Assembly (NCBI GenBank): GCA_001816655.1
Contig: MHCP01000030.1
Span: 5,623-69,622 of the forward strand
Direction: 5' to 3'
Source: Candidatus Woykebacteria bacterium RBG_13_40_15
Lineage (GTDB): Bacteria; Patescibacteriota; Microgenomatia; Woykebacterales; RBG-16-39-9b
DNA: 64,000 bases
The position numbers and the translations under genes are program-made. The notes under the pieces are model-generated. The model worked only from the letters and a program-made list of their open reading frames with translations, searched no databases and was not told the origin of the DNA. The first letter of the stretch is position 1, and the number at the start of each line of letters is the position of its first letter. Positions 9,879 to 19,819 of the stretch are shown here, one piece after another.

Positions 9879-10750
9879 TTATTTTAAAACGAGAGCTTTT
9901 GCGATATCCCAACCAATCCAATAAGCATAATTAGATTTGTAGAAAGGCAGAGAAGAACCTAAAGGATGGATGCCTCCCAAACCATCCAAAACATAGCCAC
10001 CAGTACCATCAGTATTTAGACTGATTGACCTAGCAATATCTCTGCCGGGCCAGTAAGAATGAATAGAAATTGAAGGCGCCGCCCCAAAATTATGGACTCC
10101 ACCGTAACCGTCTAAAATATAACCCCCGCCTCCTGGCACTAAGACTACATCTCTAGCAATATCCCAAAGGGGCCAATAAGCGTGGGTGTTGTGAGCAATT
10201 GGAGTTGCCGAACCGAAAGCGTGCAAACCACCCCAACCGTCGAGAATGTAGCCTCCAGTATCATTTGTGTTCAACACGACTGCATTCACAATATCCCATT
10301 TCGGCCAGTAGGCATGCGAAGAATTAGGTATTGTCGGCGCTCCTCCAAAGGCGTGCAACCCACCCCAACCGTCAAGGATGTAGCCTTTTGGTGAAGAAGG
10401 TGTTGAGGATGAGAGTAGAATAACATCCCGTGCAATATCCCATTTCGGCCAGTAGGCATGGGTATTGTGAGCAATTGGAGTTGCCGAACCGAAAGCATGC
10501 AAACCACCCCAGCCATCCAGAACATAGCCCCCGCTATGATCTGGAAGTAACGCAATAGACCGTGCTATATCCCATGGCCATCTATTTCCGTTATCTGCCT
10601 TTGAAGCTGTACCAAATTCATGCACTCCCCCTCTCCCATCAAGTATGTATCCACCTATGTACAAATAATTTATTGCTGACAGTGGGTTTATCCTCCCATA
10701 ACCAAAATTCGCATCGAAACCAGAACTACCTAAATCAGTAGCCGTAGAGC
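9879..10750. repeat. tandem ~120-bp coding repeats (seven copies) forming the C-terminal repeat domain of the 1017-aa protein
   Basis: Near-identical DNA units recur, for example around 10155-10230 and 10428-10500. They produce the periodic small ORFs on both strands in the ORF track. Confidence 0.8.
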
Positions 10751-12932
10751 GCATTATGGCTTCTATATTTCCAGGGGTAGCATCTCCAAACCTTTCCGTC
10801 ATCAAGGAGGCTGTTGCCGCAACTACTGCTGAAGCAATTGAAGTGCCTGCAACAGTACCATAACTAAAGTTGGTACAGACCCTTCCAGACGTACATGTAA
10901 GTTTTTGATAAATTAGATCTTGGGTTCCTCCATATCCAGTACCACCAGGCGCCATCAAATCAAGATCTTTTCCATAGCTTGAATAATAAGCTCTAGTGCT
11001 TGTTTTCGTTAGAGCTCCCACCGCAGTTACAAGATTTCCCCTAGCTGGGTATGAAAGGTTACTTGAAGCACCATTCCCAGCTGCCGCAGAGATAAAATTA
11101 CCAGACAACCAAGCAGAATTTATTACTGCTTGAATTACTTCCGAATAATCGTCACCAACAATGGATAGGTTGATTACCTTTGAACCGTTTGCCTTAGCAA
11201 AATCAATACCTGATGCAACATCGCTATCAATACACCAACCTGAAGAATCGCAAACTTTCACCGGCATAATTGAAATGTTATATGCAAGTGAAGCTGAACC
11301 CAAAGCGTTATTTGTGCTTTCTGCTATCACAGAGGCTACAATTGTCCCATGGCCATTATCATCATTTGGATGAGAGTCGTGATTCACAAAATCATAACCA
11401 AGAACAAAATTTGTATGCACAAAGTCGGGTCCTTTAGCATAGTTTTCGCTACCTGCCGGATCATAATTTTCGTAAGCAACACCACTGTCAAGTACCGCAA
11501 CTTTAACTGAAGGGTTGCCACCAGAAGTGTCTTTCCAAACATTTAAAGCGTCCAGTTTTACTAAATCCCATTGCGATAAATAATTCGGATCATTAGGAAG
11601 TGTACTTCCATCAGATGGAAATGTAGCAATCTTTCGAATGTAGTTTGGAGCCACTGTCCCATAATGGCCATATCGACGTAACAGATCCTCGACAGTTGTA
11701 TCATTCCCTATATCTATTCGCTGCAAGCCAGACGCGTTCCTAAAAACAATTTGCTGAGGTAAGAAGTGCGCTAGAGATATCAGAGAGGGGGTAAACTTGT
11801 TTAAGTACGTTCCAGCGCAAGCAGTATTTGCAACCCGGCCATGAACAAACACCGCCGGTAAAGCAAAGCCATCTCTACCAAAGACAGAAATCTCATCGGG
11901 ATCAATATTATGTGAATAGAGCTTCCAAACAACAATTTTGTGTAGGGCATTTTGCACCCTCTTATTCGGGCCAACGTAGCGGAAATCTCCTAAAACAGCT
12001 ACCCCCACGCTACCGCTATTGTAACCACTAGTATGAGCTCCAATTACCCCATCACCTCCCCTTCTACCTTCATAAATAGTACCGTTATTTTGATCAATAA
12101 CAAAGTTGTAGCCTATATCTCCCCAACCCCTAACAACATTATGGTAATAATAAATTGCTCGTACCGTAGACACTGGATCTGGATCATTATTGGAAGTAAC
12201 CGTATGATGGATAATTATTTTTTTAATCGGCGCGTAGTCTTCGCCGGGAACATAAATTGACTCATCGGCTCCCCAGCAAGTTCTAGAACAAATAGCTGGA
12301 GCATCTGTTGGCCTTTTTGGTGCATCATATGCAGCAAAGACTTTTTCAAGGCTAATCTTTAGCTTTTTCAAAATTTTTTCTAGTAAACTTATTTTTTCTT
12401 TGCTATCAATATAAGTAAGGTTGAGCTTTTTCACTTCTGGAATTTTGTTAATATCCGTTGTTTTTAACACTACTTGTTCCTGAAAAAACTTTCCTTCTAG
12501 GGTTATTAATCGTCCGTACTTTTTGTTCGATAGTTCGTAATCTGAACCATCATCATCCACCTCTATCTCTTTCCACTCTGTCCAGATTTTTCCGTCTTTA
12601 CTTGTCCTCACTTGAATGTGTATTTCTGCACCTTTGGGAAGCGCGACTTCCCAGGAAGAAGATAATGCATTAAAAGAAAAGGGAGATGTTTTTACTTGAC
12701 CAATTTTTTTAACCTCGATTGGAGCAGCTTGTCCAAGCACAAAGTGATTGTTTTTGGAAGACAGCTCCTTTGCGAAAAGTTTTAACGTATCAGTTTTGGT
12801 TACTGAAGTAATGAAATGGCCTGCTCTTACTTTAACTGGTTTTTGGGGATTATAAAAAGCAACCAGAAGACCGAAGAAAACAAGTAGAACTAATAGAATT
12901 AGTACAGAAAAGACTTTTATTCTCACCTTCAC
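9879..12932 (-). CDS. secreted/anchored multidomain cell-wall hydrolase: N-acetylmuramoyl-L-alanine amidase (PGRP/Amidase_2) + subtilisin-like S8 peptidase + seven C-terminal ~40-aa tandem repeats
   Basis: It has an N-terminal signal/anchor, FSVLILLVLLVFFGLLVAF. The amidase_2 signature is GWGDIGYNFVIDQNNGTIYEGRRGG and GAHTSGYNSGSVGVAVLG. The S8 triad contexts are VAVLDSGVAY (Asp), NGHGTIVASVIA (His) and GTSIASAVVAATASL (Ser). There are seven repeats of the form GGYILDGWGGLHAFG...YWPKWDIARDVVL. Confidence 0.85.
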   Translation of the reverse strand: MKVRIKVFSVLILLVLLVFFGLLVAFYNPQKPVKVRAGHFITSVTKTDTLKLFAKELSSKNNHFVLGQAAPIEVKKIGQVKTSPFSFNALSSSWEVALPKGAEIHIQVRTSKDGKIWTEWKEIEVDDDGSDYELSNKKYGRLITLEGKFFQEQVVLKTTDINKIPEVKKLNLTYIDSKEKISLLEKILKKLKISLEKVFAAYDAPKRPTDAPAICSRTCWGADESIYVPGEDYAPIKKIIIHHTVTSNNDPDPVSTVRAIYYYHNVVRGWGDIGYNFVIDQNNGTIYEGRRGGDGVIGAHTSGYNSGSVGVAVLGDFRYVGPNKRVQNALHKIVVWKLYSHNIDPDEISVFGRDGFALPAVFVHGRVANTACAGTYLNKFTPSLISLAHFLPQQIVFRNASGLQRIDIGNDTTVEDLLRRYGHYGTVAPNYIRKIATFPSDGSTLPNDPNYLSQWDLVKLDALNVWKDTSGGNPSVKVAVLDSGVAYENYDPAGSENYAKGPDFVHTNFVLGYDFVNHDSHPNDDNGHGTIVASVIAESTNNALGSASLAYNISIMPVKVCDSSGWCIDSDVASGIDFAKANGSKVINLSIVGDDYSEVIQAVINSAWLSGNFISAAAGNGASSNLSYPARGNLVTAVGALTKTSTRAYYSSYGKDLDLMAPGGTGYGGTQDLIYQKLTCTSGRVCTNFSYGTVAGTSIASAVVAATASLMTERFGDATPGNIEAIMRSTATDLGSSGFDANFGYGRINPLSAINYLYIGGYILDGRGGVHEFGTASKADNGNRWPWDIARSIALLPDHSGGYVLDGWGGLHAFGSATPIAHNTHAYWPKWDIARDVILLSSSTPSSPKGYILDGWGGLHAFGGAPTIPNSSHAYWPKWDIVNAVVLNTNDTGGYILDGWGGLHAFGSATPIAHNTHAYWPLWDIARDVVLVPGGGGYILDGYGGVHNFGAAPSISIHSYWPGRDIARSISLNTDGTGGYVLDGLGGIHPLGSSLPFYKSNYAYWIGWDIAKALVLK

Positions 12933-12964
12933 AGCATCTGCCTCAAGAAAATTTTATCACACTT

Positions 12965-14767
12965 TTACTTAACAGTAACGGATTTTGCTAGGTTTCTCGG
13001 TTTGTCTGGATCGGCTTTTCTCTCTAGGGCTAAAAAGTACGCTAAAAGTTGGGCGACAACTATCTGCGAGATACAAGAAGCACTTCCTGCATCTTTTACT
13101 GGCAACCAATAATCGAATACCTGATTTTTCTTTGGTGATACTCCAATAATAAAACCGCCTCTACTTTTAATCTCAGTAGCCCCGGAGATTATCGAATCAT
13201 ATGTTTCATCGAACGGTGCAAACACAATTACAGGAGTACCCTTTTCAATCAAGGCAATAGCCCCATGTTTCAATTCTCCACCAGCAAATCCTTCCGCATG
13301 AATGTAACTTACTTCCTTTATTTTTAATGCTGCTTCAAGAGCTGTGGGGTAATTCAAACCTCGACCTATTGTGTAAATATGGTCGTGGGAAGAAATTTTC
13401 TTAGCTAATTTTTTTACATTTTCGACATATTTTTTCCTTAAGATTTCTTCGATTGATTCACTTGCCTTTGCAACTTGCTTCATACCGCTTACCACATCAT
13501 CTGCTAAAGCCGACGCTAATATGGCAAGTATTGCTAACTTCGAGACGTAGCTTTTTGTCGCACATACGGATTTTTCTGGTCCTGCCCCTAAAAGGATTTT
13601 ATAATCAGAATTCCGATACAAAGTTGAACCAAGATTGTTCACTAAACTAGCAATTTTAGCTCCTCTTTTCTTTGCCTCCATTACAGAATCAATAATATCT
13701 ATCGTTTCGCCTGATTGAGATAGGGCAATAACCAAACTTCTTGGAGTCAAAAAATTAGTTAGGTAAATAAATTCGCTCCCAAAGGAAAAATTAACATGTC
13801 GCGAAGCTATTTTTGAAAATAAGTAACTGCCGGCTAATGCTGCGTGAGCCGCAGTACCACAACCAATTATGTAAGTCCCGTAAGAACTCTTAACAACCCC
13901 TGAAAGAGCCAAAATCGCGTCTTTATAATTTCTGACAATATGGGAAAGAACTTTCGGTTGCTCATAAATTTCCTTAAGCATGTAGTGTGCATATTTACCA
14001 AGACTGGAGGAGCCTATTGACCATTCCAAATGGGTTGGCTCTCTGTTAATTACTTGCCCCGAATTCAAATCGTATAATTTTATACCCTCACTGTTAATCA
14101 ATGCGCCCTGGTTGTCTTCAAGAAAAATCACTTCTTTCGTGTACGGTAGGATTGCTACTGCATCTGAAGAAACCAAATATTCCTCTTTCCCTAAGCCCAG
14201 GCAAAGAGGAGAACCGGTTTTGGCAAGCACAATTTCGTTATTCGGTGAAAGTAATGCTACTGCGTTTAAACCAGTTAATTTTTTAAAAGAGTGCCTAAAG
14301 GCTTCAAATAACAGAGGACCACTATCCTTAGAGTTTGAATTCGTTTTTTTAATTTCATCCTCAACCAAATGATTAACCACTTCTGTATCGGTCTCTGATT
14401 TAAAGCGATGCCCCTTTTTTAGTAACGCTTTTTTTAATTCAGTGTAATTTTCAATTATGCCATTATGAACCAACGCATATTTATCATTACAATCAGTGTG
14501 AGGATGGGCGTTTTCATCTGTAACACCACCGTGAGTTGCCCACCTAGTATGCCCCAGGGCTGCTACGAATGAATTTCGAACGGGAGTTGAATTTATAGTT
14601 TTTACATTGGATATTTTGCCAACTGCTTTTTTTACAACTATTTTATCGTTCTCAAGCCAAGCAAAGCCCCAACTGTCATACCCCCGATACTCCAAAGTCT
14701 TGAGCCCCTCCAAAACTGCCTTAGGGGCACTTGTTTTCTTTCCGACATAGCCAAAAATGCCGCACAT
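12965..14767 (-). CDS. glmS: glutamine--fructose-6-phosphate aminotransferase (isomerising)
   Basis: The N-terminal MCGIFGYVG has the Cys2 nucleophile. The product is 600 aa with two SIS-domain regions and ends in KSVTVK. Confidence 0.9.
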   Translation of the reverse strand: MCGIFGYVGKKTSAPKAVLEGLKTLEYRGYDSWGFAWLENDKIVVKKAVGKISNVKTINSTPVRNSFVAALGHTRWATHGGVTDENAHPHTDCNDKYALVHNGIIENYTELKKALLKKGHRFKSETDTEVVNHLVEDEIKKTNSNSKDSGPLLFEAFRHSFKKLTGLNAVALLSPNNEIVLAKTGSPLCLGLGKEEYLVSSDAVAILPYTKEVIFLEDNQGALINSEGIKLYDLNSGQVINREPTHLEWSIGSSSLGKYAHYMLKEIYEQPKVLSHIVRNYKDAILALSGVVKSSYGTYIIGCGTAAHAALAGSYLFSKIASRHVNFSFGSEFIYLTNFLTPRSLVIALSQSGETIDIIDSVMEAKKRGAKIASLVNNLGSTLYRNSDYKILLGAGPEKSVCATKSYVSKLAILAILASALADDVVSGMKQVAKASESIEEILRKKYVENVKKLAKKISSHDHIYTIGRGLNYPTALEAALKIKEVSYIHAEGFAGGELKHGAIALIEKGTPVIVFAPFDETYDSIISGATEIKSRGGFIIGVSPKKNQVFDYWLPVKDAGSASCISQIVVAQLLAYFLALERKADPDKPRNLAKSVTVK

Positions 14768-14770
14768 AAA

Positions 14771-15781
14771 TTATTTTCTGGAAGCTATATTAATAATTAA
14801 CCTTGCAAGTTTTCCTTCATCGTGCCGAATTAACGTACCTTGAATTACCAAATCTTTTACTAAGATATTTTTTGCCATTTTTTCACATTCAGCCAAGTCC
14901 GACTCAACTGGGAAAGCAAGCTCTTTAGAGTATCTTTTTAATATTTTTTCTGGAAAACTACTCTTATTCAGAATTGCGTAATCAATGCTTCCGTCTTCCA
15001 AGTAATTATGGATCTCCCGGATAAAATCACTAGCCTTAAAATTGTCTGATTCTCCATGCTTGGTCATTAAATTGCAGGCGTATACTTTTTTTGCTTTTGA
15101 GAAATTGATCGCCTCAGCAATACCATCTACCAAGAGATTTGGAATAATGCTTGTATACAGATCTCCTGGTCCTAAAACTACAATATCTGCCTTTGCAATC
15201 TCTTCAATTGCAGGAGCATAAGCGTAGGCTTTAGGATCAAGATAAACATAGTCTATTGGAATATTAACTTTCTCTTTTCTCACATCTATGTTCGTCTCCC
15301 CAACAATTTCACTACCGTCTTCAAGTCTTGCAACTAAATTGGAACTTGTTAGCGTTACAGGCATCACTTTTCCTTTAATACCAAGAATCCGCCCTGCTTG
15401 AGCAATCGCTTTGTCAGCACCACCAGTTACCTCGGTAAGAGCAGTTAAAAATAGGTTTCCAAAAGAATGCCCCTCTAATCCTTCGCCTTTAGCAAAACGG
15501 TAATTGAAGAGCTGACGCAAAATTAATAAGGATCGATCATCGTTTGTCAAAGCAACCAGAGCCTGCCGACTATCTCCAGGTGGCAAGTGCCCAAATTCGT
15601 CCCGCAATCTACCCGAGGAACCCCCCGAATCCATCATTGTCACAATTGCAGTTATATTGTCAGTGTATTTCTTTAAACCACGTAAAAGGCCGTGAATTCC
15701 CGTACCACCACCAATTACTACAATATGAGGATCAGAATTTTTATTTGAAGAAGAGGGTGTATTTTTTCGTTTTTGTGCCAT
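14771..15781 (-). CDS. YvcK/UPF0052 family (CofD-like) gluconeogenesis-factor-like protein
   Basis: IVVIGGGTGIHGLLRGLKKYTDNITAIVTMMDSGGSSGRLRDEFGHLPPGDSRQALVAL matches the CofD/YvcK family signature. Confidence 0.8.
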   Translation of the reverse strand: MAQKRKNTPSSSNKNSDPHIVVIGGGTGIHGLLRGLKKYTDNITAIVTMMDSGGSSGRLRDEFGHLPPGDSRQALVALTNDDRSLLILRQLFNYRFAKGEGLEGHSFGNLFLTALTEVTGGADKAIAQAGRILGIKGKVMPVTLTSSNLVARLEDGSEIVGETNIDVRKEKVNIPIDYVYLDPKAYAYAPAIEEIAKADIVVLGPGDLYTSIIPNLLVDGIAEAINFSKAKKVYACNLMTKHGESDNFKASDFIREIHNYLEDGSIDYAILNKSSFPEKILKRYSKELAFPVESDLAECEKMAKNILVKDLVIQGTLIRHDEGKLARLIINIASRK

Positions 15782-15857
15782 GAGTTAGGTTCTGGACAAG
15801 CAATCTGATTCTAGCAAACAAGCTTCAAATTATCAAGCAAAGCAGTCAAGCGGGCTG

Positions 15858-16772
15858 TCAAAAAGTTTTAAAAAATTTGATTGTTTTTTCTAGCCCTTGA
15901 TCTAAAGTTGTCTTTGACTGCCAAGAGATCGCATTTTTTATCTTTTCTGCTGCTGTATAAAGTGATGGCGCATCACCTACTCGTTCACCTAAATTTTTGA
16001 TAGGAACACTGTAACCTACTATTTCAAAGATTTTTTTAACAACGTCAATTACCTTCGTTCCGAATCCTGTACCAACATTGAATATATTTAAACCTCCCAA
16101 GGAAAGTACGGCTGTGTGGGCAGACGCTAAATCCTCCACGTATATGAAGTCGCGAATCTGTTCCCCGTTCCAATAAAGTGGGATCGGTTTTCTATTCAGC
16201 GTCGACAAAATGAAATTTGGTATTGCATGAGTTTCAGGGCTGTGAAGTTCATTTGGACCATAAGGATTAAAATAGCGCAAGATTACTGCGTTTAAACCAG
16301 AATTTTCATGCTCTTTTTCGATTAATTTCTCCATTTCAATTTTTGTTTGCCCATAAGGGTTAGCTGCCTTTTTAATTACGGACTCCTCTGTAATCGGAAG
16401 TTTGTCCGGTTCGCCATAAACACAAGCTGAGGAGGAAAAAATTAACTTTTTAACCCCTGCTTCCCTCATGGCCTCCAGCAAAATCTTGCTTCCAACTACA
16501 TTGTTTTCCCAATAAAGATCTGGTTTTTCAACGCTTTCGGGAACAATAATTAAAGCAGCCATATGAATTATGGCATCAATGTTTTTAAGAGCTTCGGTAA
16601 GCTTTTCTTTTTCTGAGAGATCGCCCAACACAAATTCTGCTCTCTCGTCGACTAACTTTTTAAATCCGCGGCTAAGATTATCGTAAACAACTACCCCATG
16701 GCTTTGGTCTAGGAGTTGCTTGGTCACATGCGATCCAATGAAACCAGCGCCGCCAGTCACTAAAATTTTCAT
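15858..16772 (-). CDS. NAD-dependent epimerase/dehydratase (UDP-sugar 4-epimerase-like, SDR family)
   Basis: The N-terminus has the Rossmann motif MKILVTGGAGFIGSHV. A YxxxK pattern follows in ACVYGEPDKLPITEESVIKKAANPYGQTK. Confidence 0.8.
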   Translation of the reverse strand: MKILVTGGAGFIGSHVTKQLLDQSHGVVVYDNLSRGFKKLVDERAEFVLGDLSEKEKLTEALKNIDAIIHMAALIIVPESVEKPDLYWENNVVGSKILLEAMREAGVKKLIFSSSACVYGEPDKLPITEESVIKKAANPYGQTKIEMEKLIEKEHENSGLNAVILRYFNPYGPNELHSPETHAIPNFILSTLNRKPIPLYWNGEQIRDFIYVEDLASAHTAVLSLGGLNIFNVGTGFGTKVIDVVKKIFEIVGYSVPIKNLGERVGDAPSLYTAAEKIKNAISWQSKTTLDQGLEKTIKFFKTF

Positions 16773-16837
16773 AATTTATAACCCCAAAGAAATTTTTGTT
16801 TTTACTATATTAATAGATAGTAATATAGTGGCTAAAG

Positions 16838-17620
16838 TTAGGTTTTTGCTTTATTTAAATAGGTTTCCGGTTTAGAATACCGCCTTTTTATGGATAAACC
16901 CTGCCTAAATCTAAGTTTAACACTGTTCCACATAAACTCAATTATATCTAAAAGCCCAATTTTCGTATGACCCCATTTTCTCTCGCAGAAATGAATCGGC
17001 ACTTCTTTTATGTTTGCCCCCTTCATATAAGCTTCATAAAGAAGATTCATCTGGAAAGAATATCCTTTTACTTTCAATTTTCTTAAGCTAATTTTTTCCA
17101 AAATTCTCCTCCTTATAACCCGAAAGCCGCTTGTGCAGTCAAGAACATTGTCAATGCCTGCGATATATCTAGCAAAGCGGTTCCCCCAACGGCTATTCGC
17201 CCGACGTAAAAAATTCCAGTTTTTTGGCACTTTGCCGCCTCTAACGTAGCGACTTCCGATAACAAAGTCAGCTCCTCTGTCAATTTCTTTTATAAGAATG
17301 GGTAATTCACTCGGCTGGTGAGAAAAATCAGCATCCATTTCTACAACTGCGTCTGCTTTCAGCTCACCTAACGCATAATCAAATCCCCTAATATAAGCCG
17401 CCCCAAGTCCTTGTTTTTTACCAACCAACAAATGGATATTCTTATACTTTTTCGATAAATCGCGGACTACATCCCCTGTTCCATCTGGGCTTTTATCATC
17501 GACAACAAGAATTTGAAATCTGTGAGGTTTGATAAGCGCAAATTGATCAAGCAATTCTGGAATGAGTCGGGCGATATTTTCTCGTTCGCGATAGGTCGGA
17601 AGAACTATAACAATCTCCAT
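16838..17620 (-). CDS. GT2 polyprenyl-phosphate glycosyltransferase (dolichyl-phosphate mannose synthase-like)
   Basis: IVIVLPTYRERENIARLIPELL followed by ILVVDDKSPDGTGDVV and VVEMDADFSHQP is typical of the Dpm1/GtrB-like GT2 family. Confidence 0.8.
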   Translation of the reverse strand: MEIVIVLPTYRERENIARLIPELLDQFALIKPHRFQILVVDDKSPDGTGDVVRDLSKKYKNIHLLVGKKQGLGAAYIRGFDYALGELKADAVVEMDADFSHQPSELPILIKEIDRGADFVIGSRYVRGGKVPKNWNFLRRANSRWGNRFARYIAGIDNVLDCTSGFRVIRRRILEKISLRKLKVKGYSFQMNLLYEAYMKGANIKEVPIHFCERKWGHTKIGLLDIIEFMWNSVKLRFRQGLSIKRRYSKPETYLNKAKT

Positions 17621-17772
17621 AATTTCAAAATTTCATTACCTTCATAGAACACAGTTCACAGAACGCGAAGCGGTCTATTTTTCAGTATTCTCGATTGTTG
17701 CGACCACTTTGTGGACTATACAATTTGCACAAGGGGATAATAAACTTATAGGGCTTTTTTGTCAAAATAGTG

Positions 17773-19002
17773 TTATTTTGCGACTTCGTAAAAAGTATTA
17801 TTTTGGAGATTTATCACAACAAAGGTGTTTTCTACAGCAGTGTAACATTCAACTCCAACCTCGCAACTACAATTTTGATCTTGATCGTCTGCAGCGCATT
17901 TCCTTGTTTTTCCACCAACCAAGTAATTATTTCCCACCCAAACACCTCCTAGAACAGAGGTTTTAACCAGTTTTTCTTCTTTCGTCTCGATATTGTAAGT
18001 GTAAACATTTCTATCCCCATCAAGACCGCTCATCATTTGGAAATTATTGCCAATATTGTAAGAAATCTTTTTTCTGTCAGAAGATACATCTACAATAGTC
18101 CAATCCTTATTACTATTTAGTTTGGTTGATTTATCTTTTGACAGATCGTATGTAAACACTCCCTCATCCCAATTACTATAAAGAATGGTGTTATTGTTTG
18201 TCCAAAATGGTGCGGTTAGTTTTCCAGTGATCTCTCCTAATTTTTCTCCATTAATATTCCAAATAATAATTTTTACTGATTCAAGATTCATCGTATTGAT
18301 AAGGAAAAATTTTGATGATTCCGGAGAAAATTCCAACTTGAAACAATCACGACTGCTACCACCCCGACCGCCTACTACCCCAAGATCAAAAGTTAGTTTC
18401 TTATCCGACCCAGATGATTTTAAGTCCACTATTGTAACCTCACCACTATCATATTTGGAATAAATTAATATGTTTAAGTTTGGATCAACTTCATAAAATG
18501 TGTTAACAGGAATTTTCTTAAGTTGGCTTTTTTCAAACTGATTTTGCTCTAGATCCACTAGCCAAATTTCACAACTTGAGTCACCACATATTTCGTAACT
18601 GAAAGTATCCGAATCTATAAACTCCCCAACCGAATAATAATGGCTTTGACTTCCATCCGAAGTTACCTGAATTTTTCCCTTTGTAACAACATCCAAAACC
18701 CATATGTTCCCATCGCTACCTGTATAGGCATATTTTGTTTTCTCTTTTTTGGTTTCTGGTTTTGAAGAGGAGGTTGCAGATGACTTTGATGTAGTGCCCT
18801 TTGACTCCTTCGAAAAAGGTTTTGCTAACCAGACCCACAAACCTACCCCGACCAAAAGCAGAATTAAAATCACAACTAGTGAAATCCAAAGCCACTTTTT
18901 TGATCTCTTAGGCTTTTTATTCAAGGAAACATCTATGACTTGTGGTGAATCGGTTTTTTGATCTGAAACCGGTTGCTCTTCTCCAGGTTGTTGCAAAGGC
19001 AT
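17773..19002 (-). CDS. membrane-anchored hypothetical protein with Ser/Thr/Lys-rich linker and probable beta-propeller (TolB-like) ectodomain
   Basis: A single N-terminal TM segment, WLWISLVVILILLLVGVGLWVWLA, is followed by a low-complexity linker. The rest is beta-rich with repetitive W/Y-x-x-D segments and ends in a Cys-rich tail. Confidence 0.55.
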   Translation of the reverse strand: MPLQQPGEEQPVSDQKTDSPQVIDVSLNKKPKRSKKWLWISLVVILILLLVGVGLWVWLAKPFSKESKGTTSKSSATSSSKPETKKEKTKYAYTGSDGNIWVLDVVTKGKIQVTSDGSQSHYYSVGEFIDSDTFSYEICGDSSCEIWLVDLEQNQFEKSQLKKIPVNTFYEVDPNLNILIYSKYDSGEVTIVDLKSSGSDKKLTFDLGVVGGRGGSSRDCFKLEFSPESSKFFLINTMNLESVKIIIWNINGEKLGEITGKLTAPFWTNNNTILYSNWDEGVFTYDLSKDKSTKLNSNKDWTIVDVSSDRKKISYNIGNNFQMMSGLDGDRNVYTYNIETKEEKLVKTSVLGGVWVGNNYLVGGKTRKCAADDQDQNCSCEVGVECYTAVENTFVVINLQNNTFYEVAK

Positions 19003-19106
19003 TAGTTTAATTGTATCTGTAATAAGTTTGATTTGTCAAAAAGGAAATAGAATTTACAAAATAAGATCGCCCCGTATTGCGAAATCTTTGATTTCTTGAT
19101 ACTTTC

Positions 19107-19183
19107 GCGTCTTTATTTGTCGCTTTGCTCCAAAATAAGATCGCTTGTGCGTCTTTATTTGTCGCTTTGCTCCAAAATAAGAA
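19107..19183. repeat. 33-bp perfect direct repeat (two copies, 11-bp spacer) in divergent intergenic region
   Basis: The unit cgtctttatttgtcgctttgctccaaaataaga occurs at 19107-19139 and 19151-19183. Confidence 0.8.
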
Positions 19184-19222
19184 ACCCCGTACTTCGAAAA
19201 CTCTTGGCACGGGGTTTGGGTA
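19184..19222 (-). terminator. possible intrinsic terminator-like hairpin (minus-strand reading)
   Basis: A stem of aaccccgt with acggggtt and an 18-nt loop. In the minus-strand reading it is followed by TTCTTATTTTGG. No obvious minus-strand gene lies upstream of it, so it may end a short sRNA. Confidence 0.3.
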
Positions 19223-19373
19223 ACACCCGCAGCAATCTTATCAATAATTTTTTTGTTGTCAAGACCCCTAATTGGTGAATAGTCAATGGTAACTAGTGCT
19301 TAGTAACAAGGTGGATTACGGCTAGCGTATTTGAACGGAAGATGGTAGAATTAGTTGTCCTTGCGAAGCTAAA

Positions 19374-19745
19374 ATGGAGAAAATAAAAGATTTTACTGAT
19401 TTAAGAATATGGCAGCAAGCACATAAACTAATGCTAGAGATTTATAAGTTAGGTGCAAAATTGCCAAGAGAAGAAAAATTTAACCTTATAGACCAGCTAA
19501 AACGCGCTTCCTTGTCAGTACCAACAAATATAGCCGAAGCTTTTGGTAGGTTTCATTTCACAGACTCCAATCATTTTCTACTAAATGCTAGGGGATCGGC
19601 GTACGAGGTTAGGAGTTTATTAATGGCTGTACGAGATATACAAGGAAAGAATATTATTAATTTTGATAGTTTAGATCATGATTACCAGGAACTAATTAAA
19701 GGAATAAACGCGTTAATTAAATCGCGAAAAGGAAGTAATGGTTAA
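19374..19745 (+). CDS. four-helix-bundle protein (23S rRNA intervening-sequence protein family)
   Basis: MEKIKDFTDLRIWQQAHKLMLEIYKLGAKLPREEKFNLIDQLKRASLSVPTNIAEAFGRF matches the conserved four-helix-bundle family signature. Confidence 0.8.
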   Translation: MEKIKDFTDLRIWQQAHKLMLEIYKLGAKLPREEKFNLIDQLKRASLSVPTNIAEAFGRFHFTDSNHFLLNARGSAYEVRSLLMAVRDIQGKNIINFDSLDHDYQELIKGINALIKSRKGSNG

Positions 19746-19819
19746 GTGGCTTGCCATTAGTAACTACTGGGATTTTGTTTACTAGTGACTATTGCACTAA
19801 TGACCATTGACTAATAAAA

